NCBI GenBank assembly: GCA_002011125.2
Contig: MTMF02000009.1
Location: forward strand, 96,001-160,000
Origin: Candidatus Hydrothermarchaeum profundi
GTDB taxonomy: Archaea > Hydrothermarchaeota > Hydrothermarchaeia > Hydrothermarchaeales > Hydrothermarchaeaceae
DNA: 64,000 bases
Direction: 5' to 3'
Translations under genes and position numbers: made by a program
Shown: positions 10,707 through 21,072 of the stretch, piece after piece
Numbering within the stretch: the stretch's first letter is position 1
Layout: every line of letters begins with the position of its first letter
The notes under the pieces: generated by a model
Told to the model about the DNA's origin: nothing
The model's database searches: none
What the model saw: the letters and a program-made list of their open reading frames with translations, nothing else

Positions 10707-11564
10707 ATGGAGATATATCCAATCGCGGCTGATTCCCTTGGAACCAGATCTATGGCCACCTTAATTAAAACCAAGCAGTGTAGTATATTCATAGACCCAG
10801 GAGTAGCTCTTGGACCCAGAAGATATGGACTACCGCCACATCCTCTCGAACTAAAAAGAATGGAAGAGCACTGGGAAATTATACGGAAATTCGCCATGAA
10901 AGTTGATATCATTATTATAACCCATTACCACTACGATCACTACGAACCAGAAGCTCCAGAGTTATACAGAAACAAACGCCTATTTATAAAGCATCCTACA
11001 AAAAAAATCAACTACAGCCAAAAGGAAAGAGCACGATATTTTTTAGAGAAGATCGCAGGTTTGCCGGAGAGTATGGAATATTCAGATGGCAGAGAGTACA
11101 TCTTCAAGGATGTTAGATTGAAATTTAGTGATCCCGTTTTTCATGGTACAAATAAAAGGCTCGGATATGTAACGGAAGTTTCTGTAAATGATGGAGACCT
11201 ATGTTTCCTATTCACTTCAGATGTAGAGGGCCCGAGTATTGAAGACCAGATAAAGTTTATAGAAAACGAAAAGCCTGATATAGTTTATCTAGACGGTCCC
11301 ATGTCATATATGTTAGGATACCGCTATTCTAGGATAAGCCTTGAAGCAACAATCAAAAATATAATAAAATTGTTGAAAGATACAAATATGGGAGAACTAA
11401 TAGTAGACCATCATCTCCTAAGAGATTTACAGTGGAAAGAGAAAATACAGGACGTCCTAGAAGTAGCTAAAAAACTGGATAAGAAGATTGTAACAGCTGC
11501 AGGATACTTAGGGTTGGAGGATGATCCATTAGAAGCTAAAAGAAAAGAGCTATATGGTGGATAA
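10707..11564 (+). CDS. UPF0282-type MBL-fold metallohydrolase
   Basis: [34 protein letters not shown]. Confidence 0.85.
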   Translation: MEIYPIAADSLGTRSMATLIKTKQCSIFIDPGVALGPRRYGLPPHPLELKRMEEHWEIIRKFAMKVDIIIITHYHYDHYEPEAPELYRNKRLFIKHPTKKINYSQKERARYFLEKIAGLPESMEYSDGREYIFKDVRLKFSDPVFHGTNKRLGYVTEVSVNDGDLCFLFTSDVEGPSIEDQIKFIENEKPDIVYLDGPMSYMLGYRYSRISLEATIKNIIKLLKDTNMGELIVDHHLLRDLQWKEKIQDVLEVAKKLDKKIVTAAGYLGLEDDPLEAKRKELYGG

Positions 11565-11566
11565 AA

Positions 11567-11893
11567 ATGGGAACATGCTCATATTGTGGCGTTAAAGAAA
11601 CCATGCCTTTCAAATGCAAGTTCTGTGGAGAACAGTTCTGTGGAGAACACCGTCTACCAGAAAACCATGAATGCTATGGATTGCAAAGGTTTAAAGAAGA
11701 AAGAAGCAAAATGCCAGAGAAATGGATCTATGAGCCCTTCCACTCAAAAGAAAAAGCGGAAGTAGGAAGAAAAGTAGAGAAACCCCTAAATAAGAAGATT
11801 TATGAGAATATCCGAGGTATCGACTCTAGGAAGATATTATACGCTATACTAGCGATTATAATAGTGCTAACTGTTTCTCAGGTTTTAATCTGA
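11567..11893 (+). CDS. AN1-type zinc finger protein with C-terminal TM helix
   Basis: CxxC...CxxC...[13 protein letters not shown] pattern; hydrophobic C-terminus. Confidence 0.85.
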   Translation: MGTCSYCGVKETMPFKCKFCGEQFCGEHRLPENHECYGLQRFKEERSKMPEKWIYEPFHSKEKAEVGRKVEKPLNKKIYENIRGIDSRKILYAILAIIIVLTVSQVLI

Positions 11894-12717
11894 GCCTTGA
11901 GTTTGCCGAATGTAGTAACTCTCTCACAGTAGGAGTTGCTAGTGAAGAGGGTTCCCTCAGCTATGCATTTAGCAGAAACCCTCATTTCATCAGGCAGATC
12001 AAATTTCTCAACCGCTCTCGCTAAGATCTCCGAAACGACTGCGCTCGTAGACTTTGGAGAAGCGAGAGCCTTCCTCATAGCTGCCTTTTCTTCTTCTTCT
12101 GTTAAATAGCCATAAGATTTAGAACTCATCGATTCTTCTAAAATATTTATTATATCCTGTATCTTGACTATCCATGCCTTTGGAGTCTGAACAACTAAAG
12201 AAGCCCGAGCCTTCTGCGGACTGCCTATCATAGTCTTATCCCAATGAGGATGAAGTAAAATACCCCGTATCTCTGCTCCAACCTCCTTTTCAACACTAAT
12301 ATCCTTATTTCTATAAGCGTTTGCTCTAGCTATTATTTTAACAAACTCTTGTTCTTTCCGGTTAGACGGTGTCTTACCTATCACCATAAGCTCACTTTCC
12401 ATTTCTACCTCGCACTTACTAGCATAATCATGCCTCTTTAGAATTTCAAGCACTATATCTTCACAAAGCCCCTCTAGCTCATATACAGGTTTTTTAGTAA
12501 TCTCCTCAAGCAACTCGTTTATAGCCTCTAAATTTCTCGACATGTGCGTGCCTTTCTGTGAGGGAGGGAGATCCACGAAGCATTTAAGATCAGCAAGTAA
12601 AATAATCGGCCTCCTACCTCTAGTAGGTATTTCCAGCAACTTTCTTACCTTTGTTACCCCCACCCTACTCAAGGATATTCTGTACTCCGGCAGCCTCATT
12701 TGGACATCTGGCAACAT
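11878..12717 (-). CDS. GTP cyclohydrolase MptA/FolE2-family paralogue, apparently degenerate
   Basis: [23 protein letters not shown] present; the CPC, HxQR and ESIHxH motifs are not recognisable. Confidence 0.75.
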   Translation of the reverse strand: MLPDVQMRLPEYRISLSRVGVTKVRKLLEIPTRGRRPIILLADLKCFVDLPPSQKGTHMSRNLEAINELLEEITKKPVYELEGLCEDIVLEILKRHDYASKCEVEMESELMVIGKTPSNRKEQEFVKIIARANAYRNKDISVEKEVGAEIRGILLHPHWDKTMIGSPQKARASLVVQTPKAWIVKIQDIINILEESMSSKSYGYLTEEEEKAAMRKALASPKSTSAVVSEILARAVEKFDLPDEMRVSAKCIAEGTLFTSNSYCERVTTFGKLKAQIKT

Positions 12718-12813
12718 CTTTGAGTAAAGAAAGGTTACCGAAAGCAAAGAAAATCACATATGTAGGTATAAATAGTATTAATAAAGGTAAAACCAAATGA
12801 TTTATATAGAATA

Positions 12814-13323
12814 ATGAGTAAGCCTTTAAAAGAGGGGGTAAGAATGCCACCACCATTGACGGACGAAGAATTAGAGGAGTTGAGAATAAAGGCAGAAAAG
12901 TGGAGGCAGTATCTTTCTGAAAAGATTACTAGTGGACCCTCTAAAGAATTTCTAGCAGACTATGGCAGAGGGTATAGGTATTCAGATGTCTTGGATTCTC
13001 AATTAGCTGAAACTCATTTTATGGAGTATGGTAGGCTGCGTAGGATACTTAGAGATAGGGGAATAAGCGGAGAAGATGCTACCGAGTTGGATATGATAGC
13101 TAAAATACTCCATTTAGCTAGGAGCGAGATATCAATCGTGAATCTCTTCGTATCTGCTAAAATACATTTGAGACAGCTAAACAGGCTATTAAGTTTTCTG
13201 ACGGATTCTGGACTCTTGATAAAGAAGGATGATAGATATTCTATAACCAAGCGTGGAGCTGATTTCTTATTCCATTGGCAGAGAGCCTTAGTTCTTCTAA
13301 ATGGCGGAAAGGCTTTGCGATAA
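12814..13323 (+). CDS. Winged-helix DNA-binding protein with N-terminal extension
   Basis: C-terminal archaeal wHTH pattern (IAKIL...LSFLTDSGLL...YSITKRGADFL). Confidence 0.7.
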   Translation: MSKPLKEGVRMPPPLTDEELEELRIKAEKWRQYLSEKITSGPSKEFLADYGRGYRYSDVLDSQLAETHFMEYGRLRRILRDRGISGEDATELDMIAKILHLARSEISIVNLFVSAKIHLRQLNRLLSFLTDSGLLIKKDDRYSITKRGADFLFHWQRALVLLNGGKALR

Positions 13324-13347
13324 GGTAACTTATCCGCACCTTTTTTT
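13316..13347 (+). terminator. Hairpin plus T7 tract at the end of the wHTH gene
   Basis: TGCGATAAG-GTAA-CTTATCCGCA (one bulge) followed by CC and TTTTTTT. Confidence 0.55.
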
Positions 13348-13368
13348 ATATCTGCTATTTGTAGTCCA

Positions 13369-13404
13369 AAACATGTTTAACATGTTTACAGTAATTGTTA
13401 TATA
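13369..13404 (+). promoter_or_regulatory. Tandem palindromic operator plus TATA box upstream of the FAD-oxidoreductase operon
   Basis: AAACATGTTT (13369-13378) directly followed by AACATGTT (13379-13386); TTATATA at 13398-13404. Confidence 0.45.
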
Positions 13405-13452
13405 CCGATTTCAGAAAATTAATAGTTAATTCTTTAAAACTTGGACAATGGG

Positions 13453-14916
13453 ATGAAAATGGGATATGGAAAGCTATCACAGACTGACATTAAAAAGCTA
13501 ATTGATGTGGCGGGGGAGGAGAATGTTTTTACAAATAAGGAGGACTTGGTTCCATACGGTAGAGACAACTGCCCGTACAAATGGTCTGAGAAATTTAGAT
13601 TCATTCCAGACGTTGTTATAACTCCTATCTCCACTAGTCATGTCTCAGAGATCCTTAAGATAGCAAATGAGTTAAAAATCCCTGTTACTCAAAAAGGAGG
13701 AGGAACGGGCATGTCTGGTGGATGCGTGCCTAAATATGGCGGCATTCTTCTAGACATGAAAAAAATGGATAAAATACTAGAAGTAAACAAAGATAATCTC
13801 TATGTCGTAGTCCAGCCTGGAATTACCAATTTACGCTTAATTAAAGAACTGGAAAAACATGGGCTAATGGGTCCCCATGAGCCAGGAAGCTCTCCATCTT
13901 CTACTATTGGAGGCGCTCTTTCAACTTCAGGCGTGAATTATAGACAGGGAGTAATGGGCGCGCTTATCGACGAAATACTAGGATTAGAAGTCGTATTAGC
14001 TGATGGCGAAGTGATTAGAGCGGGTCGGAATTCAGCTATTACGAATCTGTCTAAAAATTCAGTGGGCTATGACCTCTGTCATTTATTTGTAGGAGACTTC
14101 GGCAGCCTTGGAGTAAAAACCGCTGCAACTTTGAAGACAATCCCAATCCCTGAGGTTGAGGAAATCCATGTTGTAACATTTCCAGATTTTGAAAGCACAC
14201 TTAAAGCCATATTAAAAATCCAGAGAGCCATGCTACCAGGGATATTTACGTATACTGCTTTCGACAGGGAATACATGGAAAAAGCAAGTCAAATCTATGG
14301 CTCAGAAGTATACGGCGGAGCGGTCTTAATAGGTTTCATGGGGGATAGAGAAGTAGTAGATTACACTAGAAAGAAAGCGGAGAAATTTTGGGAAGAGTAT
14401 GGCGGACAAGATATGGGGCCTGAGGAGGCTGATGCAGAATGGGAAAACCGCTTCGATGTTTACCCGAGGATGATAGCCACCGGTAAGCCTGCAGCAAGAT
14501 GGCACTATGAAGACCCGACGGTTAAAATGACTGATCTCGCTAAAGCTCTTAAAAAGTATCACCAAATCGTAGCCAAATATGGATTCGATGACTGGGGAGG
14601 GGAGGCATGGATTTACGATCAAACCTCAACGCTTTCCGCTATCATGTACGCTGTTGATGAGACCGACGAAGACAACTGGGATAAGTATATGAAGTGCGCT
14701 AATGAAATCGTTGAGGCCGCGATTAAGATGGGGGGCTCAATATCTAACTGCCTAGGATATGATAAGAGAGGAGTTGGGAGGCATGGGCTTTCTCTACTGA
14801 AGAAGGAATATTCTACTCCAGAGCTCCGTACTATTTATGAGATAAAAAAAGCTCTGGACCCTAATGGCATTTTAAATCCTGGAATTCTTAGTCTAGATGA
14901 AATGGAGGGAGTCTAA
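13453..14916 (+). CDS. FAD-linked oxidoreductase (GlcD/D-lactate dehydrogenase superfamily)
   Basis: GGGTGMSGG FAD loop, STIGG, GYDL..LFVG..G.LG, DPNGILNPG. Confidence 0.85.
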   Translation: MKMGYGKLSQTDIKKLIDVAGEENVFTNKEDLVPYGRDNCPYKWSEKFRFIPDVVITPISTSHVSEILKIANELKIPVTQKGGGTGMSGGCVPKYGGILLDMKKMDKILEVNKDNLYVVVQPGITNLRLIKELEKHGLMGPHEPGSSPSSTIGGALSTSGVNYRQGVMGALIDEILGLEVVLADGEVIRAGRNSAITNLSKNSVGYDLCHLFVGDFGSLGVKTAATLKTIPIPEVEEIHVVTFPDFESTLKAILKIQRAMLPGIFTYTAFDREYMEKASQIYGSEVYGGAVLIGFMGDREVVDYTRKKAEKFWEEYGGQDMGPEEADAEWENRFDVYPRMIATGKPAARWHYEDPTVKMTDLAKALKKYHQIVAKYGFDDWGGEAWIYDQTSTLSAIMYAVDETDEDNWDKYMKCANEIVEAAIKMGGSISNCLGYDKRGVGRHGLSLLKKEYSTPELRTIYEIKKALDPNGILNPGILSLDEMEGV

Positions 14917-16229
14917 TGGCTTTGAATCTTGATTACTTTGATAAAGATCTTCTGATTTGCAATACTTGTAGATGCGGATTTTGTAGAGATGAATGTCCTT
15001 GGTATATGGCGCGGAAGGTTGAAAGTGCTTCACCTAAAGGCGTAATGGAGGTAATACAGGCATATAGAGAAGGAGTGGTGAAACCTTCGCAACAACTTCT
15101 AGACAGGATATCCTGGTGCTTTGGATGCAGATATTGTAAGGAGAGATGTCCTCCAAGCAATCTTCCTGAAAAGTTTAATGCACGGGTAGACCCTGGAGGC
15201 GCAGTAAAAGTGCTCCGATATGAGCTTAGGAAAAAAGGATATACTATGGGGAAATCTGCTGAAACTGTGAATAATAATGTCAAAAAGACGGGTAACCCGT
15301 TCGGTGTTGCTAAAAAAGAAAGGGCAAAGTGGGCTGAAGGACTTGATCTAAAGAAGAAAGGTAAAAGGATTTTCTTTGCTTCGTGTATGAATCCTTTGAT
15401 GGGTTATGGAGAGACTATTCTCAAGATTTCAGATTCTCTAGAAAAGTTTGGGATGACTATGGAACGCCTATCAAAACTTACAGGCATACTCGAGGCAGTA
15501 AAACTCGATAGAGTATCGGCGAAGCTATTAAAAGGCACTTCAAAGAACAACGAAAAATACATTAATTCTTTGAGAAACTCTGCGAAAGTCTTGAAAAAAT
15601 TAGGTATCGAATTTGGATATTTAGGTGAGGATGAACCATGCTGTGGGTCCTCTTTTTATACTTATGGAGACTTCGACTCTTTTGAAAGCAATGCAAGAGA
15701 AGTTTATAAAAATCTAAAAGAAAGAGGAGTTGAAGAGATAATTACCCTTAACCCAATTTGTGGAGGAGTATTCAAAAACTATTATCCAGAGTTTATTCCA
15801 GGCTTCGATATAAAAGTAAAGCATTTCGTGGAAGTAGTAGCAGAAGAAGTTGATAGACAAGGAATAGAACTAAAGCTAGATAACGAAATGGATATCGCAT
15901 GGCATGATCCTTGCTACCTCGCGAGGTATATGGGTGTAACAAAAGAGGTTAGAACGCTCCTTAGAAGCATTAAGGGTCTCAACTTAAGAGAACCCGAAGC
16001 CACAGGTAATCTAACCAGATGCGATGGTGGAGGAGGACCAGAAATCATATGCCCTGATATCGCCAAAGGAGTTGCAGAATATAGAGTAAAAGAACTCATG
16101 GACACCGGAGCATCAGTTATAGCAACCTCATGCCCCGCATGCGTCATGATGCTAGAAATAGGAAAAGCAAAGAACTATCCCGATGTCAGTATTTTTGACA
16201 TTTCAGACATCATAAGCATGGCATTATAA
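14916..16229 (+). CDS. Fe-S/CCG-domain protein (GlcF/HdrD-like), partner subunit
   Basis: Two ferredoxin-like Cys clusters, EPCCG, HDPCYLAR, TSCPAC; overlaps the stop of the preceding gene. Confidence 0.85.
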   Translation: MALNLDYFDKDLLICNTCRCGFCRDECPWYMARKVESASPKGVMEVIQAYREGVVKPSQQLLDRISWCFGCRYCKERCPPSNLPEKFNARVDPGGAVKVLRYELRKKGYTMGKSAETVNNNVKKTGNPFGVAKKERAKWAEGLDLKKKGKRIFFASCMNPLMGYGETILKISDSLEKFGMTMERLSKLTGILEAVKLDRVSAKLLKGTSKNNEKYINSLRNSAKVLKKLGIEFGYLGEDEPCCGSSFYTYGDFDSFESNAREVYKNLKERGVEEIITLNPICGGVFKNYYPEFIPGFDIKVKHFVEVVAEEVDRQGIELKLDNEMDIAWHDPCYLARYMGVTKEVRTLLRSIKGLNLREPEATGNLTRCDGGGGPEIICPDIAKGVAEYRVKELMDTGASVIATSCPACVMMLEIGKAKNYPDVSIFDISDIISMAL

Positions 16230-16290
16230 ACTCTATAAGAAAAAAACTTCTACCGGGATTTCAATTATTTTCCAGAGAAACTCAGAGACG

Positions 16291-16755
16291 TCAACTTTTC
16301 TTCTTTATTTTGACAATGTCTCCAAGAGTTAACTCCTCTTTAGTCGCTTTCTGAGTTTTTATATCTTCTTCATGAGTTTCTTCAAATAACTTTATATTAA
16401 GGGCTTTTTCAAGCTTCTTAGCTAACTTTACATTTGGCTGCATTTTCTCAGTTTCTAACCTAGCTATAACTGATTCTTTAACACTTATCTTCTCACCTAG
16501 TTTCTCCCGTGTTAGACTCATAGCTTCTCTCGCCTTCCTTATAATCTCCCCATAGTTTTCAACAAACTCGGGTGCTTCTATTGGTTTTGTATAGGGTATC
16601 CAGGAACTCGATGCTCTCCTAGTTTTTCTTATAGAAGCCTTTTTCTCAGATGGAGATCCAAATCTAGCACAATGGCTGCAGACTTTCATTTCAGCCCCTT
16701 CAATTATTACAATATGGGGTTTTCCAATAGGTCGGCCACAAACCTCACATTCCAT
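16291..16755 (-). CDS. mbf1: Archaeal multiprotein bridging factor aMBF1
   Basis: CEVCG...VCSHC Zn ribbon, HTH, TLGD tail; divergent from pan. Confidence 0.92.
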   Translation of the reverse strand: MECEVCGRPIGKPHIVIIEGAEMKVCSHCARFGSPSEKKASIRKTRRASSSWIPYTKPIEAPEFVENYGEIIRKAREAMSLTREKLGEKISVKESVIARLETEKMQPNVKLAKKLEKALNIKLFEETHEEDIKTQKATKEELTLGDIVKIKKKS

Positions 16756-16819
16756 ATTATTTTAAATGGTAAGAAAGCTATATATAGCTAAGGGAAACGA
16801 GGGGTGATTAGAGATAGAA

Positions 16820-18061
16820 ATGGCTGAAGACAAAAATAGCGAAATGTCAAAGTATCTTCTTAATAGAGTCAGAGAGTTAGAAAAAGAATGCGTTCAATTA
16901 TCTAACGAGAATAATAGACTTAGAACGAGTTATGCGCAGAGAATAAAATGGCTTGAAGAAAAGAAACGCCAGCTAGAAAATGAGAAGATACAGATGGAGA
17001 GGGAAATCAGGCGGTTAAGAAGCGAGATAGAACGGATGCGGACAACTCCACTAATTATTGGAAATATCGTGGATATCCTTGAGAATGGAAAAGTTGTAGT
17101 TAAGAGTTCATCTGGGCCTCATTTCGTCGTAAATACCTCTCAGTTCATAGATAGGGAAAACCTTGTTGCAGGCGCAAGAGTCGCTCTTAACCAACAATCC
17201 TTAGCCGTAGTAGATATTCTCCCTGTAGAAAAAGACCCCGCGGTACTCGCTATGGAAATTGAGAAGAAGCCAAATGTAACCTATAATGATATAGGAGGAC
17301 TGCATGCCCAGATCGAAGAGATAAAAGAAACTGTTGAACTCCCACTGCTAAGACCCGACGCTTTCAAAAAAGTGGGGATAGAACCGCCTAAAGGTGTGTT
17401 ACTTTACGGTCCTCCAGGTACTGGAAAGACCCTTCTTGCTAAAGCTGTTGCTAGCGAGACCAACTCTGTTTTCATTAAACTCATAGGCTCAGAACTGGTG
17501 AGGAAGTATATAGGGGAAGGTGCAAGACTAGTTAGGGAACTATTTAAAATGGCACGTGAGCAGGCTCCGAGTATTATCTTTGTTGATGAGCTGGACGCTA
17601 TAGGAGCCAAGCGTTTGGACTCCGCTACCAGCGGAGATCGGGAAGTACAGCGCACTTTAATGCAGTTCCTAGCAGAAATGGATGGTTTTGATCCTAGAGG
17701 TGACGTGAAGATAATAGGTGCAACGAACAGGCCGGATATACTCGACCCAGCCATACTGAGACCGGGGAGATTTGACAGATTAATTGAGATACCCCTCCCA
17801 GACAAAGAAAGTAGAAAAGAGATATTCAAGATCCATACTCGAGCAATGAATCTTACAGACGATATCGACATAGATGCTTTAGCGGTGCGGACCGAAGGGT
17901 CTTCAGGAGCTGATATAAAGGCAATTTGCACCGAAGCGGGTATGTTCGCTATAAGAGAAGGAAGGGAGGAAGTATCCTTCTTTGATTTTGAGAGAGCTGT
18001 AATGAAAGTTCTGAGCAAATACGAAGAGGGTAAGAGAGAAGCCGGTGTAATGTATACCTGA
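16820..18061 (+). CDS. pan: Proteasome-activating nucleotidase
   Basis: Coiled coil, [23 protein letters not shown]-terminal HbYX (MYT). Confidence 0.96.
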   Translation: MAEDKNSEMSKYLLNRVRELEKECVQLSNENNRLRTSYAQRIKWLEEKKRQLENEKIQMEREIRRLRSEIERMRTTPLIIGNIVDILENGKVVVKSSSGPHFVVNTSQFIDRENLVAGARVALNQQSLAVVDILPVEKDPAVLAMEIEKKPNVTYNDIGGLHAQIEEIKETVELPLLRPDAFKKVGIEPPKGVLLYGPPGTGKTLLAKAVASETNSVFIKLIGSELVRKYIGEGARLVRELFKMAREQAPSIIFVDELDAIGAKRLDSATSGDREVQRTLMQFLAEMDGFDPRGDVKIIGATNRPDILDPAILRPGRFDRLIEIPLPDKESRKEIFKIHTRAMNLTDDIDIDALAVRTEGSSGADIKAICTEAGMFAIREGREEVSFFDFERAVMKVLSKYEEGKREAGVMYT

Positions 18062-18063
18062 AA

Positions 18064-19158
18064 CTATTTTCTAGAGATTATAGATATTATATCTCCATCC
18101 TCGACTACATGATCCAGTCCCACTCTCTGTCCACTAAATCTACTCGAGTTTCCCCAGACTTTTGCATACCTAAAATTCTTCTTTAGATTCTTATGGATTC
18201 TTTCACATATATCACCGACTGTTGCCCCTCGAACTACTATCATAGGCTCTTCCAGATCTGCTTTTCTTCCCTGCGGTTTCATATAAACTCTTATAAAGTT
18301 GAGCTTTTCGTATATGCATCGCTTTAACCTCTCAATGTTTGTGCCATTCTTTGCAGATATTGGAATATACTCCCGCATTAGCTCTTTCTCGATTTCTCTA
18401 AGATATTCCTCTCTTACAAGATCAATCTTATTTAGTACTAATATTGAAGGCAGATAGACCCTATTGCCCGCTAACGCATCTATAAATCTCTCTAATGTTA
18501 AGTCTTCTCTTATCACAACATCAGCGTTGTGGATTTTGAATTCCATCAAGGCCCCCTTAATTTCTCTTTCACTTATTTTTGTGAGTTTAACTGTTGAACT
18601 GATGGTGATCCCACCCCTATCTTTTTTGATAAGCTTAATAAGGGGCGGTTTTTCATCTAATCTTACACCCGCCTCCCATAGCTCCTTCTTTATTATTTTA
18701 TACTGATGAAGATTAAATACATCGATTAGTATCATAAGAAGGTCTGCGTTTCTAACAATAGAGAGTATCTCTTTACCTCTCCCTCTTCCCAAAGATGCAC
18801 CTTGAATTATTCCAGGAAGATCCAAAATCTGTATTTTTGCTCCATTATAAACCATCAGGCCAGGGATAACTTCAAGGGTCGTGAAATCATACACCCCTAC
18901 CTCGGAATGCACATTTGTAAGCTTATTAATCAGGGTAGATTTACCCACTGATGGGAACCCGACTAAAACAACTGTAGCGTCTCCTGTTTTCTTTATAGAG
19001 AACCCGCTTCCACCTTTTTTTTCGCTCCTTTTTGAAGCTTCCTCTTTAAGCCTCGCTAACTTAGCCTTTAGCTTGCCGATATGATGTTGAGTCGCTTTAT
19101 TATAGGGAGTCTTCCTTATCTCTTCTTCAATCTCCTTTATCCTTTCCTCTATGTCCAT
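18064..19158 (-). CDS. DRG-family GTPase with TGS domain
   Basis: TPYNKAT.HH, GFPSVGKST, DLPG, NKID, C-terminal TGS. Confidence 0.93.
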   Translation of the reverse strand: MDIEERIKEIEEEIRKTPYNKATQHHIGKLKAKLARLKEEASKRSEKKGGSGFSIKKTGDATVVLVGFPSVGKSTLINKLTNVHSEVGVYDFTTLEVIPGLMVYNGAKIQILDLPGIIQGASLGRGRGKEILSIVRNADLLMILIDVFNLHQYKIIKKELWEAGVRLDEKPPLIKLIKKDRGGITISSTVKLTKISEREIKGALMEFKIHNADVVIREDLTLERFIDALAGNRVYLPSILVLNKIDLVREEYLREIEKELMREYIPISAKNGTNIERLKRCIYEKLNFIRVYMKPQGRKADLEEPMIVVRGATVGDICERIHKNLKKNFRYAKVWGNSSRFSGQRVGLDHVVEDGDIISIISRK

Positions 19159-19730
19159 AGATTTGAAGAAGGGTTTCTAACGTTTATAAAATCGACTTCC
19201 TCCTTTGTGATACCGGCTTTTCTAATCTCTTTTTCAAAATCGGCTTCAGAATTTGACTTCCTCCTGATCTGCCTAATAGTCTCATAAACTTCCCAAGGGA
19301 ATATCACCCATTTTTTCGTTTCTTCAACATAAAAATCAGGCTGAAACTGCGAGTGAGGCTTTTTAACTAGAGTTACTACATACAACTTCCCAGATCCTCT
19401 TTCTTTAAGATGTCGTATGACTACTTCTAGGCTCCTACCAGTATCTGCTATATCGTCAACGAGCAATATTTTTTTCCCGGACACATTAAACTGCGTAGGG
19501 TGCAAGATGAGAGGCTTATCATCTGTCTCCCCGATCGACTTGTAAAACTTAACTCTGACTGTATATATCTCATCATTATCCAATAAGTCTGATAGTATCC
19601 TTGCGGGAACCCATCCTCCACGAGCGATCCCCACTATTATATCAAAATCTATATTTTTTTCCTTAATATGCCGGGCGATCTTCTTACAATCTTCAACAAT
19701 GTCATCCCATGAGAGTCTAACGTATTCCAT
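19149..19730 (-). CDS. Purine phosphoribosyltransferase
   Basis: IARGG, LLVDDIADTG PRPP loop, WVIFPWE. Confidence 0.9.
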   Translation of the reverse strand: MEYVRLSWDDIVEDCKKIARHIKEKNIDFDIIVGIARGGWVPARILSDLLDNDEIYTVRVKFYKSIGETDDKPLILHPTQFNVSGKKILLVDDIADTGRSLEVVIRHLKERGSGKLYVVTLVKKPHSQFQPDFYVEETKKWVIFPWEVYETIRQIRRKSNSEADFEKEIRKAGITKEEVDFINVRNPSSNLWT

Positions 19731-19794
19731 CCTATCAGCTTATTGCAAAAATAATCGATAAACATATATTAAAATTGTGCCGAAAAGTTTCTCC

Positions 19795-21072
19795 ATGCAA
19801 CCAATGGTAGTGGCCTCAACCCGGCCAGAAGTGATAAAGCTTTCTCCGGTTATAAGAGCTCTTGAGAGTTATGGAATAGAGTATTCCTTTGTTACTACCG
19901 GCCAACATTATGACTGGAACCTATTCAACGTGTTTATAAAAGAATTAGATCTGAAAGAGCCTGACTATAACATAAAAGTTGGCTCAGGAACTCAAGCATA
20001 CCAGACCTCACACGCAATGATAGAGTTAGAGAATTTGATGTTAAAAACGAGGCCAGACGTGGTTATTGTAGAGGGCGATACAAATTCCGTATTAAGCGCT
20101 TCTATCGCCGCCGTTAAAATACATATACCGGTAGCTCATGTGGAAGCTGGATTGAGAAGCTTTGATAGGACTATGCCTGAAGAAATAAATAGAATTCTAG
20201 CTGATCACTGCTCCGAAATATTATTTGCTCCCACAGAGAAGTCTGGACTGAACCTTCTTAACGAGGGGATACCTCCTAATAAAATACATATAGTGGGTAA
20301 CACGATTGTGGATGCAACACTTCAGAATCTCGAACTCGCCAAAAGAAAAAAATCGTCTCAGAAAAAAAGTGACAAAGAATATTTAGTCTTAACTCTACAT
20401 CGAGCTGAAAATGTTGACCAATATCGAAGGTTAAAGGGAATAATAGAAGCCCTAGAAAAAATAGAGCTACCTATAATATTCCCTGTACATCCTAGAACTA
20501 AAAAAAAGCTGAAAGAGTTCAAACTAAAGCTTGAAAATATCCGGATGATTGAACCTTTAGGATACCTAAATTTCCTTCTGCTTATGAACGGAGCTAAGCT
20601 CATATTGACCGATAGTGGAGGAATACAAGAGGAAGCAATAACCTTACATATCCCTTGTATTACCCTACGGACTACAACTGAGAGACCAGAAACAGTAGCG
20701 GCTGGTGGGAATATCCTCGCGGGAGTTACTCCTGAAAGGATAATTGATAAAATTAACTCAGTGCTTAAAAATAAGGAATTATATTCTAAGATGAAAAAAA
20801 CAAAGAACCCTTTCGGTGATGGCACTACAGGCGAAAAGATAGTATCAATCCTGTCAGATATCTATGAAAGAGGAGAACTTAAAGTAAGTTCCCAAGATTT
20901 TACACAGGGATTTTGGGAAAGAAAACTTATAGCTGTTGACTCTACATTAGCTGGGAAAAAAATAGAGGAGTTGGACTTCGCTGTTATTAAAGTAATCGAA
21001 AAAGGAAAAGAAAAATTTCCATACCCGGATCTTGAATTAAAGGAAGGGCAAATGATTGAAACATTACATTAA
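19795..21072 (+). CDS. wecB: UDP-N-acetylglucosamine 2-epimerase (non-hydrolysing) with C-terminal extension
   Basis: TRPEVIK, TGQHYD, HVEAGLRS, TDSGGIQEE, ERPE, NPFGDG. Confidence 0.93.
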   Translation: MQPMVVASTRPEVIKLSPVIRALESYGIEYSFVTTGQHYDWNLFNVFIKELDLKEPDYNIKVGSGTQAYQTSHAMIELENLMLKTRPDVVIVEGDTNSVLSASIAAVKIHIPVAHVEAGLRSFDRTMPEEINRILADHCSEILFAPTEKSGLNLLNEGIPPNKIHIVGNTIVDATLQNLELAKRKKSSQKKSDKEYLVLTLHRAENVDQYRRLKGIIEALEKIELPIIFPVHPRTKKKLKEFKLKLENIRMIEPLGYLNFLLLMNGAKLILTDSGGIQEEAITLHIPCITLRTTTERPETVAAGGNILAGVTPERIIDKINSVLKNKELYSKMKKTKNPFGDGTTGEKIVSILSDIYERGELKVSSQDFTQGFWERKLIAVDSTLAGKKIEELDFAVIKVIEKGKEKFPYPDLELKEGQMIETLH

